Of a stretch of DNA of 64,000 nt, positions 27,803 through 37,905 are shown piece by piece. The stretch lies in contig CAYWVI010000002.1 in NCBI GenBank assembly GCA_964461905.1, forward strand, positions 661-64,660. The letters are read 5' to 3'. The translations under genes were made by a program, and so were the position numbers. The notes below the pieces were generated by a model. That model was not told where the DNA came from, ran no database searches, and saw only the letters and a program-made list of their open reading frames with translations. Position 1 is the stretch's first letter; each line of letters starts with the position of its first letter. The DNA comes from an uncultured Rhizobium sp. (lineage in GTDB: Bacteria; Pseudomonadota; Alphaproteobacteria; Rickettsiales; UBA1997).

Positions 27803-30131
27803 TTTTGCGCTTTGTTTTAACCAAACACTCTTTCAAGGCCTCTTCAATTTTTTCAATCGGCTTGATTGTTAGATTGTCCAAAACTTCTTTTGGCATGTCT
27901 TGCAAATCTTTTTTATTTGCCATTGGAATTAGCACCGTTTTTATTCCGCCGCGCAAAGCCGCCAAAAGTTTTTCTTTTAATCCGCCAATTTCCAAAACAC
28001 GCCCTGTTAGCGTTACTTCGCCTGTCATGGCGATGTCTTTTTTGATTGGAATATTGGTTAAAGTTGAAACTAGCGCAACGCACAAAGCAACGCGGGCGGA
28101 AGGTCCATCTTTTGGAGTTGCGCCTTCTGGAACGTGAATGTGAAAATCAAATTTGTTGAATTTTTTAGCGTCAATTTTCAGATCTTTAGAAATTGCTCTA
28201 GCGTGACTTAAGGCAATATGCGCCGACTCTTTCATCACATCGCCCAAAGTTCCTGTTGCTTGAATTTTTCCAACGCCTTCAAATTTTAGCACTTCAATAT
28301 CAAGCAAATCTCCACCATATTCGGTGTAAGCTAAACCAGTTACAACACCAACTAAATCTTGAGTTCTTGCCATGCCAAAATGACGTTTTTCAACGCCTGC
28401 ATATTTGCTGAGATTTTTGTTGGTAATGTGCAAAGACGTAGCTTTTTTAGTGACAATTTCTTTTGCTGCTTTGCGCGCCAAATTAGAAATCTCGCGATTC
28501 AAATTTCGCACTCCTGCCTCAAAAGTGTAACGACGAATCAAGGTTAAAATTGCATCATCGCTAACGCTAAATTCGCTCTTGGTTAAGCCATTTTCTTTGC
28601 GTTGCTTGTCGAGCAAATGCTCTTTGGCAATGTGCAGTTTTTCATTTTCGGTGTAGCCCGAAAGTTTGATAATTTCCATTCTGTCGCGAAGCGGCACCGG
28701 AATTGTGCTTAAGCTATTTGCCGTTGCCACAAACATCACTTTTGACAAGTCGTAATCAACTTCTAAATAATGATCAGAAAAAGCTGAATTTTGCTCAGGA
28801 TCTAAAACTTCAAGAAGTGCCGCCGCTGGATCGCCACGAAAATCATGCGCCATTTTATCAACCTCATCAAGCAACATTAGCGGATTGCTACTTTGCACTT
28901 TACGCATTGATTGAATAATTCTTCCCGGCATTGAGCCAATGTAGGTTCTGCGATGTCCACGAATTTCAGATTCATCGCGAACTCCGCCCAAAGCAACTTT
29001 AACATATTTTCTGCCCACGCTTTCAGCTATTGATTTGGCAAGCGAAGTTTTGCCAACACCTGGTGCGCCAACCAAACATAAAATTGGACCTTTTGCATCT
29101 TTGGTTTTCATTTGCACGGCAATAAACTCAATGATGCGCTCTTTAACTTTTTCTAAACCGTAATGATGTTTGTCTAAAATTTTTATTGATTTGGCGATAT
29201 TATTTGAGGCTTTGGTTTCAGAACTCCAAGGCAAAGAGCAAATCCAATCTAAATAATTGCGCACAACTCCAGATTCTGAAGAATAAGGATTCATTTTTTC
29301 TAATTTTGCTAATTCACTTTCGCATTTTTTTCTAACTTCTTTGGGAAGTTTTAGCTTTGCCAATTTCTCTTTAATTTCTTTAACTTCTCCTTCTTCATCT
29401 TGCCCGAGTTCTTTTTTGATATTTTTGAGCTGCTCGTTTAAATAAAATTCTTTTTGATGTTTGGTGAATTTTTCTTGAATTGATTTGGTAATTCTAGCTT
29501 CAGCTTGACCAATTTCGACTTCGCTTTTTAAAAGCTCCAAAACTTTGTAAAGTTTTTTAAGCAAATTACTTTCTTCTAAGATTGTTTGCTTATTGGCAAT
29601 TCCTGAATTTAGGCAAGTAGTGATTGAATAAGCTATTTCATAAGGAGAGCGCAACTTAGTTAAGGCCGCAATAATTTCTGGCGTAATTCTTTTATTATAT
29701 TCTGCATATTGAACAAATGTATCTACACAAGCTTTAAGCAAGCCAAGAAGCTCTTTGTTATTTTCAATATCAACTTGCTCATTTAAAAGTTCAGTTTCGC
29801 AAACAAAACTTTTTTCATTTGAAATAATTTTAGTTAATTTCGCGCGCGCAATTCCTTGTAATATAACTTTTAGAGTTCCGTCTTGTGTTCGAATTGATTC
29901 TACTATTTGGCAAATAGTTCCAACTTCATAAAGATTTTTTTGATCAAAAGCATCTAAATCTGGATTTGTTTGAGTAATTGCTAAAATTGGCAAATTAGAT
30001 TTTTTAGATTCTTCAACACCATTTAAAGATTTTTCACGACCAACTAAAACGGTTGTGGTCATGCGCGGAAAAATCACAACATCGCGTAAAGGTAGGGCAT
30101 AAAAAACTTGTGGCTTAATTTGTTCAGTCAT
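27792..30131 (-). CDS. lon: ATP-dependent protease Lon
   Basis: 779 aa with an N-terminal LON domain (LPLRDVVIFP), Walker A GAPGVGKTS, and a proteolytic domain with PKDGPSA (catalytic Ser) and ...AMTGEVTLTGRVLEIGGLKEK. Confidence 0.97.
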   Translation of the reverse strand: MTEQIKPQVFYALPLRDVVIFPRMTTTVLVGREKSLNGVEESKKSNLPILAITQTNPDLDAFDQKNLYEVGTICQIVESIRTQDGTLKVILQGIARAKLTKIISNEKSFVCETELLNEQVDIENNKELLGLLKACVDTFVQYAEYNKRITPEIIAALTKLRSPYEIAYSITTCLNSGIANKQTILEESNLLKKLYKVLELLKSEVEIGQAEARITKSIQEKFTKHQKEFYLNEQLKNIKKELGQDEEGEVKEIKEKLAKLKLPKEVRKKCESELAKLEKMNPYSSESGVVRNYLDWICSLPWSSETKASNNIAKSIKILDKHHYGLEKVKERIIEFIAVQMKTKDAKGPILCLVGAPGVGKTSLAKSIAESVGRKYVKVALGGVRDESEIRGHRRTYIGSMPGRIIQSMRKVQSSNPLMLLDEVDKMAHDFRGDPAAALLEVLDPEQNSAFSDHYLEVDYDLSKVMFVATANSLSTIPVPLRDRMEIIKLSGYTENEKLHIAKEHLLDKQRKENGLTKSEFSVSDDAILTLIRRYTFEAGVRNLNREISNLARKAAKEIVTKKATSLHITNKNLSKYAGVEKRHFGMARTQDLVGVVTGLAYTEYGGDLLDIEVLKFEGVGKIQATGTLGDVMKESAHIALSHARAISKDLKIDAKKFNKFDFHIHVPEGATPKDGPSARVALCVALVSTLTNIPIKKDIAMTGEVTLTGRVLEIGGLKEKLLAALRGGIKTVLIPMANKKDLQDMPKEVLDNLTIKPIEKIEEALKECLVKTKRKNGI

Positions 30132-30213
30132 GATTTTAAATTATTTGAAAAAAGATCGATTAGATTTTGAAAAAATAACGTAACAAAAATTAGTAATCAT
30201 TTTAGAAATTACA

Positions 30214-31479
30214 ATGGCAATAGCTTTAGTATTTACAATTATTCTTGGCTTTTGTGCCAGCGGATTTTTTTATATTTTTGCAAAGTTAAAAGCGGCTCAA
30301 AATGAGTCTTTGCAACTGCGAGAAGAAAAACAAAATCTGGAGAAAGCTAATCAAATTTTTCAGCAAAAAAATCTCGACCTTGAAAAGCAAAATGATTTCT
30401 TAAAACAAGAGCAAAATCACCTCGAAAAACAAAGGCAAGAATGGACAAAAGACAAAGAAACCATGCTTTTTCAACTCGCTAACGACTTGATGAAAAAAAA
30501 CCAAGAACAACAAAATCAACTCAATCTTCAGCAGCAAGAAAATATTAAAAAAGTTACCGAAAATTTGTTCAAAAGTTTTGAAAGCGTAACAACAAAAATG
30601 GCTTCGCTAAATGACGATGTAAAAAAATCTTCCGAACTAACCAACCTAACAAGACAAGCTTTGCTTAGTCCGGGAGCGGCTGGAAGAACGGCAGAAATTA
30701 CTTTGGAAAATATTTTAAAAAACTCGGGCTTGCGCGAAAAAGCAAATTTGAATTCGGTGGGAGATTACATTTTGCAGTCGCATTTTTCTGGCGTTAATAA
30801 CTCTTCAGAGCAGGAATCTAAAAGACCCGACGCCATTATATTTTTTCCAAATGATCAACTTTCAATTATCGACAGCAAATCGTCGCCGCATTTTTTAGAC
30901 TTAGAAGTTGCTCGTCAAAATGAAGATTTAGAACAAGAAAAAATCATTTTAGGAAAAATTAAAGAATCTTTCAGAAAACACCTCGAAAGCTTGAAACGCA
31001 AAGACTACGCTAAATTTCTTTTTGAAGAAATGCGCAATAAAAATGCCAATGATTATCGCATTATGATTATCATGTTTTTACAAACCGAAAAAATGATGGA
31101 AATTATACGCCAAACCGATCCAAACTTTGAACAAAAAGCTTTGGAAGCTGGCGTGGTTGTTGCCTCACCAATTGGTCTTATCAACTTTTTATCTCAAGCA
31201 AAAGTTGTGATTGATCGCTCAAAACAAGAAAAAAATATCGAAGATTTAAAAATTGAAGTGCGCAAATTATTGGATAATGTCGCGGTGATTTTCAAAGAAT
31301 CTCAAGAGCTGGGAAAGTCTTTAAACAAAGCTCTGACAATGCATAACAAAATGACCAAAACTTTAAATCGCGGAGTTCATGCGGCGGTAAGAAATATTTC
31401 TGATCTTGGAATTACTGGCAAAAAATCTGCCGAAATTAAAATTTTGGAAGAATATGAGCTAAAAGACGAAGACTCTTAA
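30214..31479 (+). CDS. rmuC: DNA recombination protein RmuC
   Basis: 421 aa with an N-terminal TM segment, a long Q/E/K coiled coil, and the RmuC nuclease-like core KRPDAIIFFPNDQLSIIDSK. Confidence 0.82.
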   Translation: MAIALVFTIILGFCASGFFYIFAKLKAAQNESLQLREEKQNLEKANQIFQQKNLDLEKQNDFLKQEQNHLEKQRQEWTKDKETMLFQLANDLMKKNQEQQNQLNLQQQENIKKVTENLFKSFESVTTKMASLNDDVKKSSELTNLTRQALLSPGAAGRTAEITLENILKNSGLREKANLNSVGDYILQSHFSGVNNSSEQESKRPDAIIFFPNDQLSIIDSKSSPHFLDLEVARQNEDLEQEKIILGKIKESFRKHLESLKRKDYAKFLFEEMRNKNANDYRIMIIMFLQTEKMMEIIRQTDPNFEQKALEAGVVVASPIGLINFLSQAKVVIDRSKQEKNIEDLKIEVRKLLDNVAVIFKESQELGKSLNKALTMHNKMTKTLNRGVHAAVRNISDLGITGKKSAEIKILEEYELKDEDS

Positions 31480-32603
31480 CGCGCCCTAGGATCGGCGTTT
31501 TTATTAAGATCAACATTTAGCACCAAACCAAAGCCAATCATCATTGATGCCATAATTGTTCCGCCGTAAGAAATAAAAGGCAAAGGCGCACCAACAACGG
31601 GAATTAATCCCATCACCATCGCCATATTGATAAACATATGAATAAAGAAAATATTCACCACGCCCATCACCAGTAACCTGCCAAATTGGTGTTTGGTGTT
31701 GTTAGCAATTGAGATTCCAATGGCAATGATTGCGCAATAAATGGCAATCACAAAAAAGCTGCCAATAAAACCCATTTCTTCCGACAACATCGTAAAAATA
31801 AAATCGGTTTGTTTTTCTGGTAAAAAATTCAACTGACCTTGAGTTCCATTTAAATAACCTTTGCCAAAAAAGCCTCCCGAGCCAATAGCAATTTTTGATT
31901 GAATAATGTTGTAACCGCTTCCAAGAGGATCGTTATTTGGATTTAGAAATGTTAATACGCGCTGCCTTTGGTAATCATAAAGCAAGAATTGCCAAGCAAA
32001 TGGAATGGCAACTAACAAGGCAACTCCCGCAGAAATAAATTTCCACATTTTAACCCCAGCAAGAAATAAGATCGACACTCCTGCCAAAACAAGAATGGTG
32101 CCAGTTCCGAGATCTGGTTGATAAAAAATTAAGCAGGCTGGAATGGCAATTAAAGCAAGAGGAATAATGGTAAATCTGATTTTGCCAATTTCCTCCGCTT
32201 CGATACTATAAAAATAGCGCGCCAACGCAAAAACCGTGCATATTTTCATAATTTCTGAAGGTTGAATTGTTATTGGCCCAAGTCGAAACCAGCGCGTAGC
32301 ACCCATCGCATTGTGACCCATAATATCAACCACAATCAATAATCCCAAGGCTGCAGCGTAAAATAAATAAGAAGCTTTAAACCAAATTCTAATATCAGAA
32401 ACAGCTATAAAAATCATCAAAGGAAAAAACACGCAGAAAAATCCAAGCTGCCTTATAAGCCAAGGTCTGAAGCTTCCACCACCAGCAGAATAAAGCATCA
32501 AAAAACCCATGGAAGCTAAAACCACAATCAGTGAAATTAACAACCAATTTAGCTGTTCTAACTTTTGTGATACTGGAATTTTTTTCTGTTCAAGAAGAGA
32601 CAT
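31476..32603 (-). CDS. rodA: SEDS-family peptidoglycan polymerase, RodA-like
   Basis: 375 aa with 10 TM segments, motifs QPSEIMK and PEKQTDFIFTMLSEEMGFIG, and a PFISYGGT C-terminus. Confidence 0.85.
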   Translation of the reverse strand: MSLLEQKKIPVSQKLEQLNWLLISLIVVLASMGFLMLYSAGGGSFRPWLIRQLGFFCVFFPLMIFIAVSDIRIWFKASYLFYAAALGLLIVVDIMGHNAMGATRWFRLGPITIQPSEIMKICTVFALARYFYSIEAEEIGKIRFTIIPLALIAIPACLIFYQPDLGTGTILVLAGVSILFLAGVKMWKFISAGVALLVAIPFAWQFLLYDYQRQRVLTFLNPNNDPLGSGYNIIQSKIAIGSGGFFGKGYLNGTQGQLNFLPEKQTDFIFTMLSEEMGFIGSFFVIAIYCAIIAIGISIANNTKHQFGRLLVMGVVNIFFIHMFINMAMVMGLIPVVGAPLPFISYGGTIMASMMIGFGLVLNVDLNKNADPRAR

Positions 32604-32692
32604 TTTGCGTTTTTTTGAGAAGTAAAATTAGTTAGTTTTTCTGGCGAATTAAGACGGCTTGAAATATTAATCAAGCTTCCTTACTTTCGGCG

Positions 32693-33409
32693 ATGAAAAA
32701 AATTCATAACTTTTCTAAATCGTGTCCCAGCCTTTATTTTCGCATGCCAGAAACTGAAAAACAAAATAAAAAAGCCAAACTCAAGGTTAAGAATTGGTAT
32801 TCAAATCGCTACCAGATCGTTGTTGTGCAACGCAATATTCTTTTGTTATTCACTTTAGTTTCAATGTTCTCGGTTGCTGTTGCTGTAATTTTTGTAAAAA
32901 ACGTTACTTCTTCAAAATCACTAGAACCCTACGTTATCGAAGTTGAACAAAAAACTGGAGTTGCTACTGTTGTTGACCAATTAACATCGCAAACATTTAC
33001 TGGCGACCAAATTATCCGCAAATATTTTATTAATGAGTTCGTGCATTCTGCGAGCGGTTATGATCCAAAAACCTATAAAAAAGATGTAGATAAAGTTAGA
33101 TTATTATCAACTTCATCAATTTTTTCTGACTTTAGAAATAGAATTAATGCAAGACAGCTAGGAACTAGATTTCAAATTGATGTCAGAATAAAATCTATTC
33201 AATTTACCGATCCAAACACAGCACAAATTAGAGTTACCGAAGTATCGACTTCTGAAGATGATTATAAATCTCAAACAAAAGATAAGGTGATTACTATGGG
33301 ATTTTACTTTGCTCCGCAAATGAACTTGAGCATGGAAGAAAGGCTCATTAATCCTCTTGGTTTTCAGGTTAATAAATACCTAATCGCAGAAGAATTATTT
33401 ACAAATTAA
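32693..33409 (+). CDS. virB8: type IV secretion system protein VirB8
   Basis: 238 aa. It has NWYSNRYQIVVVQRN followed by a single TM segment and an NTF2-like periplasmic domain (YVIEVEQKTG...). The start may instead be MPETEK at 32744. Confidence 0.8.
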   Translation: MKKIHNFSKSCPSLYFRMPETEKQNKKAKLKVKNWYSNRYQIVVVQRNILLLFTLVSMFSVAVAVIFVKNVTSSKSLEPYVIEVEQKTGVATVVDQLTSQTFTGDQIIRKYFINEFVHSASGYDPKTYKKDVDKVRLLSTSSIFSDFRNRINARQLGTRFQIDVRIKSIQFTDPNTAQIRVTEVSTSEDDYKSQTKDKVITMGFYFAPQMNLSMEERLINPLGFQVNKYLIAEELFTN

Positions 33410-33421
33410 CTTATCTAAGAA

Positions 33422-34294
33422 ATGCGGAATTTATTAAAAACTCCAGCAATAAAAAAATCGGTTCAACTTTTAGTTGTATCGTTTTTTCTTGCTGCAAGCT
33501 TTTTATCGTCTGCAAATGCTCAAACACCAATAACCACTGATTCACGCATTAGAACATTGGTTTACAATCCAAATGAAGTTTACGAAATCAAATTCTACTA
33601 CAATTATCAATCCTTCATTGAATTTTCAGAAGATGAAGAAATTGAGATGATTTCAATCGGCGAAGCTTTTGCTTGGAGACTAACCCCTGCAGGAAAAAGA
33701 TTATTTATTAGACCTTTGGAAATTGCCGCTCATACAAATATGACCATAATCACTAATAAAAGAACTTATCATTTCGACATAAGATCTGATGAGTTTAATG
33801 GAAAAGCAGACGAAGATTTGGTATATACGATAAGATTTTTCTATCCGCAAATTGGACAACCTTTGCCAATTCCACCACAACTTGCAGTTCCAAATGTTGC
33901 TCCAAAAATCATACCTCCAAAAGCTGCTCCTGAACGCATTATAGAAAAAACTCCTGTTCCACTTGCTGACGTAACAGAATCAATTCCGGGTCTTATTTCT
34001 CGTAACCCAGATTCTGCGCAATTAAACTTTGATTATAGTTTGGCAGGAAAATCTGATAATATTGTTCCTCTTAAAGTTTATGATGATGGAAAACAAACAT
34101 ACTTTCAATTTGCTAACGATAATTTGGTGATTCCTTCAATTAACTCTGTTGATCCAAGTGGAAATGAGCAGGTATTAAACTATAGCATACGCGATAATTT
34201 TGTGGTAGTTCCTGTAACAACTAGACAATTTACTTTACGTCTTTCTGACAGCTTGCTGTGCATCTATAATAACAAAATGTTTCAGCTAAAATAG
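33422..34294 (+). CDS. virB9: type IV secretion system protein VirB9 (CagX/TrbG family)
   Basis: 290 aa with a signal peptide, DSRIRTLVYNPNEVYEI, GEAFAWRL, a proline-rich linker and a C-terminal beta domain. Confidence 0.82.
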   Translation: MRNLLKTPAIKKSVQLLVVSFFLAASFLSSANAQTPITTDSRIRTLVYNPNEVYEIKFYYNYQSFIEFSEDEEIEMISIGEAFAWRLTPAGKRLFIRPLEIAAHTNMTIITNKRTYHFDIRSDEFNGKADEDLVYTIRFFYPQIGQPLPIPPQLAVPNVAPKIIPPKAAPERIIEKTPVPLADVTESIPGLISRNPDSAQLNFDYSLAGKSDNIVPLKVYDDGKQTYFQFANDNLVIPSINSVDPSGNEQVLNYSIRDNFVVVPVTTRQFTLRLSDSLLCIYNNKMFQLK

Positions 34295-34318
34295 ATTAAG
34301 TTGAAAATCACAGCTTAT

Positions 34319-34936
34319 TTAAAACTCCAAAATCAGGCGATCTTGGTAGAATTCATATCTTTTAAACTTACGCAAAAAACTCATTCCCAAAAGCGAAGTT
34401 CCCATATCAGCATTATTTACAGAAGCATTAACCTCTAAAAAAACCGCTGTTCCCACTTCTAATTTATCAAGCTTAATTCCAGCTCCCCAAGAAGTTCCAT
34501 TGGCAGTTTGATAAGGTTTGTTAAAGGATAATTTTTTTGGATCAATTCCAATTCTTTTTGCCTCTTTTACACTAAGAACAATATCGCTAGCCCCAGTATC
34601 TATCATGAATCTTACTGGAACATTGTTGATTTTTACATCAATATAAAAATGTCCATCTTGAGCAAGTTTTACTTCTATTTTTCCATCATTTTTGGTTTGC
34701 ACCCGAGACGGATTTATTTCTCCCAAAATACGATTTTTAAAATCAGAAAATTCAAAACGGTATGAATAAAAAATAATCACTACCAAACCAAGTAAAGACC
34801 AAATCCCAAGATATTTAAAAACTTTCGACCAAGGTAAATCGCGACGTGAAAATAAATTTCCCAGCAAAACCACCAATAACAACAATAAATAGATAAAACT
34901 CTGCCATTCACTATCACCAAAGTTATTAAAACCCAT
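34319..34936 (-). CDS. membrane-anchored retropepsin-like aspartic protease (TIGR02281 / APRc-like)
   Basis: 205 aa with N-terminal TM segments and the catalytic motif FMIDTGASDIVL. GMSFLRKF lies near the C-terminus. Confidence 0.8.
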   Translation of the reverse strand: MGFNNFGDSEWQSFIYLLLLLVVLLGNLFSRRDLPWSKVFKYLGIWSLLGLVVIIFYSYRFEFSDFKNRILGEINPSRVQTKNDGKIEVKLAQDGHFYIDVKINNVPVRFMIDTGASDIVLSVKEAKRIGIDPKKLSFNKPYQTANGTSWGAGIKLDKLEVGTAVFLEVNASVNNADMGTSLLGMSFLRKFKRYEFYQDRLILEF

Positions 34937-36024
34937 TATTTTATACTCCTTAAGATTTCTAATATTTCTTTATTTTCTTGATCTGTTCCTAGGGTCATTC
35001 GTAAACAATTCGACAAGCCATAGGATGTCATCTCACGTAAAATAAATCCTTTTTCTAATAAAATATTATTAGCTTTTTGGCAAAATTCTAAAGTTTGAAA
35101 ATCTAATAAAATAAAATTGGCCACCGAAGGGTGAGCCTTAATTTGAGGGATTTTGGCAAGTTCTGCAAAAAATATTTCCAACCATTTTTTATTATGAGCT
35201 TTGGATTTGGCAAAAAAATCTTCATCTTGCAAAGCCGCCACGGCTGCAACTTGAGCTGGACCACCAACATTAAATGGCCCACGAATTTTATTAAGAATTT
35301 CAGCAATATAAATTGAAGAATAACTCCAACCAATTCTTAAACTAGCCAAACCATAAATTTTTGAAAAGGTGCGAGTCACAACAACATTTTCAAACTCATT
35401 AACCAAAGAAATTGCATTTGGATAGTCGGGTTCTTCAACAAATTCTTCATAGGCGTGATCCAAAACAATCAAAACATTTTTTGGGACAAAATTTATTAAT
35501 TTACGAACTTCTGATTCACTAATATAAGATCCTGTAGGATTGTTTGGATTAGCAATAAAAATTATTTTTGTTTTTGGCGTAATAGCAGAAATTATTGCAT
35601 CAACATCTGTTCTTAAGTTTTTTTCTTTAACTTTTATAGCTTTTGCTCCAACTCTTTTGGCAGAAATTGGATACATTAAAAATCCATGTTCACTATAGAT
35701 AACTTCATCACCAACTCCCGCAAAGGCAGAAGTTAAAAAAGCTAAAATTTCATCCGATCCAGCACCGCAAACTATTCTATCTGCAGAAATATTGTTTTTT
35801 GCCCCAATCGCTTCACGAAGCAAACTACATGAACCATCAGCATAACGCATAACTTCTTCGCTATGGTTTTTATAAACTTCAATTGCTCTTAAGCTCGAAC
35901 CCAAAGCATTTTCATTTGAAGAAAGCTTTATTGCTTTTTTTCCATTACCAATTTTTGCTTTTCCTGGAACATAATTGGCAATTTCTGATATATAATTGTG
36001 AGCTAATAATTTCATGTGAAACAT
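34936..36024 (-). CDS. hisC: histidinol-phosphate aminotransferase
   Basis: 362 aa of the class-II aminotransferase pattern: LSSNENALG, IANPNNPTG and RTFSKIYGLASLRIGW (PLP lysine). Confidence 0.88.
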   Translation of the reverse strand: MFHMKLLAHNYISEIANYVPGKAKIGNGKKAIKLSSNENALGSSLRAIEVYKNHSEEVMRYADGSCSLLREAIGAKNNISADRIVCGAGSDEILAFLTSAFAGVGDEVIYSEHGFLMYPISAKRVGAKAIKVKEKNLRTDVDAIISAITPKTKIIFIANPNNPTGSYISESEVRKLINFVPKNVLIVLDHAYEEFVEEPDYPNAISLVNEFENVVVTRTFSKIYGLASLRIGWSYSSIYIAEILNKIRGPFNVGGPAQVAAVAALQDEDFFAKSKAHNKKWLEIFFAELAKIPQIKAHPSVANFILLDFQTLEFCQKANNILLEKGFILREMTSYGLSNCLRMTLGTDQENKEILEILRSIK

Positions 36025-36045
36025 TTATAAGTTGATATACTAAAT

Positions 36046-36948
36046 TTATGATAACTTATCAATTAACTGCTGAACTTTTTCAAACTCATTAAATTTAATT
36101 GAAATTCTTCCGCTGTTTTTAAAAGAATTATAAGAAATTTTCGCCTCCATTCCACTAACTTCTGAAAGCTTAGCTTCTAAAACCGCTAAATGTTCACTAT
36201 TAACAAATTTAATTTTTGTTTCCGTTCTAACCAAAAGAGGGATATTTTTAACTTTTTCAATTTTTTCATCACGCACTAAATCTTCAGCATCACGCACTGT
36301 CAAAGATTCATCAATAATTTTTTTAGCTAATTTTTCGGGATTATTTGAATTAATAATCGCACGAGCGTGACCCATTGAAATTAATTTTTTATCCAGCATT
36401 TCACGAACAGAAGTGGGTAAATCTAATAAACGCAAAAGATTGGCTATATGACTGCGACTTTTTCCGACTCTTTTTGCCACTTGGTCTTGAGAATAAGAAA
36501 ATTCCTTGATTAACCTTTTATAACCTTCTGACTCTTCAATCAAACTTAGATCAGATCTTTGAACATTTTCAATTATCGCTAATTCTAGGGCTTCATGATT
36601 ATTAATTTTTCTAACAATCGCCGATATTTTTGATAGTCCAGCAAGAATTGTTGCGCGAAATCTACGTTCTCCCGCGATTATTTCATAATGATCTTCATCA
36701 CCGACTTTGCGCAAAACTATTGGCTGTATTAAACCTTTTTCTTTAATTGAATCTGAAAGTTCTTGTAATTCATTTTGATCAAAATTTTTACGCGGTTGAT
36801 AAACTCCAGCTTTAATTTTACCAACGTCTATTAACTCAACAGATTCTAAATCTTTTTTTGATAAAATTTGATCTTTCTTTGAACTACTTTCTCCAAGTAA
36901 AGCTGAAAGACCACGACCTAATTTTTTATCTGAGTGATTTTCTAACAT
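36046..36948 (-). CDS. parB: chromosome partitioning protein ParB
   Basis: 300 aa with LGRGLSALLG, QPRKNFDQNELQELSDSIKEKGLIQPIVLR, IIAGERRFRA and the HTH QDQVAKRVGKSRSHIANLLRLL. Confidence 0.95.
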   Translation of the reverse strand: MLENHSDKKLGRGLSALLGESSSKKDQILSKKDLESVELIDVGKIKAGVYQPRKNFDQNELQELSDSIKEKGLIQPIVLRKVGDEDHYEIIAGERRFRATILAGLSKISAIVRKINNHEALELAIIENVQRSDLSLIEESEGYKRLIKEFSYSQDQVAKRVGKSRSHIANLLRLLDLPTSVREMLDKKLISMGHARAIINSNNPEKLAKKIIDESLTVRDAEDLVRDEKIEKVKNIPLLVRTETKIKFVNSEHLAVLEAKLSEVSGMEAKISYNSFKNSGRISIKFNEFEKVQQLIDKLS

Positions 36949-36972
36949 ATTTTTTACCTAAAATTATTATTT

Positions 36973-37776
36973 TTATTGCGAATCAGCATTCTCCAATTCT
37001 CTTTGCAGAATTTCTCTTGCTAACTTTATATAAGATTGCGATCCAAGACATTTAGAATCATAAATTATTCCCGGAATTCCATGCGAAGGAGCCTCGGATA
37101 ACTTAACATTCCTTGGAATACTATGTTTAAAAACTTTATCTTTTAAGAAATCACGCACATCATTTTCAACTTGTTCTGTCAATTTATTTCTACGATCACG
37201 CATTGTAAGAACAATACCACCGATCGTTAAATCATGGTTTAAATTATCCTTTACCAACTCTAAGCTAGTTAATAAGTGGCTTAATCCTTCCAAAGAAAAG
37301 AATTCACATTGCATTGGAATTAAAATTGAATCTGAAGCACTTAAAGCATTCACTGTTAACAAGCCAAGTGATGGAGGACAATCGATAAAAATATAATCAT
37401 AATTTCTAACTATTGTTTTTAACGCTTCGCGCAAAATAAATTCTCTTTTAGAAGCTCCAACTAATTCAACTTCGCAGGCTGCCAAATCTACAGTTGAAGT
37501 GATTATGCTTAAATTTTTAATATGAGTTGGGATTATTGAATCATTAGCTTCACACTCTCCAATCATTATTTCATAAATTGTTTTTTGTCTTTGTGATTGA
37601 CTAATGCCAAAACCCGTACTGGCATTTCCTTGCGGATCCATATCAATAAACAAAACTTTCTTATTCATTAATGCAAAAGCCGCTGCAAGATTCACAGCCG
37701 TGGTAGTTTTTCCTACGCCACCTTTCTGATTTACTATAGAAAATATTTTAGCCTTTTTGATTTGATGGTGAGTCAT
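36973..37776 (-). CDS. parA: chromosome partitioning ATPase ParA/Soj
   Basis: 267 aa with the deviant Walker A NQKGGVGKTTTAVNLA, plus DMDPQGNAS and IFIDCPPSLG. Confidence 0.95.
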   Translation of the reverse strand: MTHHQIKKAKIFSIVNQKGGVGKTTTAVNLAAAFALMNKKVLFIDMDPQGNASTGFGISQSQRQKTIYEIMIGECEANDSIIPTHIKNLSIITSTVDLAACEVELVGASKREFILREALKTIVRNYDYIFIDCPPSLGLLTVNALSASDSILIPMQCEFFSLEGLSHLLTSLELVKDNLNHDLTIGGIVLTMRDRRNKLTEQVENDVRDFLKDKVFKHSIPRNVKLSEAPSHGIPGIIYDSKCLGSQSYIKLAREILQRELENADSQ

Positions 37777-37862
37777 ATTTTTGAAGTTTTAAGAAGAAAT
37801 TTTAAGAACCGCATCTTAGATCTAAACAAAACTTAAAATCAAAATAATTTCTGTCAAATAAT

Positions 37863-37878
37863 TGTTTCACGTGAAAAA
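37863..37878. promoter_or_regulatory. parS-like centromere site
   Basis: TGTTTCACGTGAAAAA matches the parS consensus TGTTNCACGTGAAACA at 15 of its 16 positions, counting N as a match. It lies 87 bp upstream of the parA start. Confidence 0.7.
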
Positions 37879-37905
37879 GATAATTATCCAAAGTGATAAT
37901 TTTAT

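Noticed and set aside
27796-28918. Plus-strand ORFs inside lon (27796-28137, 28359-28547, 28703-28918)
   Set aside because: They are antisense shadows of the lon coding sequence and have no motifs.
36858-37055. 65-aa plus-strand ORF bridging the parB-parA junction
   Set aside because: It is antisense to two well-supported genes and has low-complexity F/L/I-rich sequence typical of AT-rich noise.
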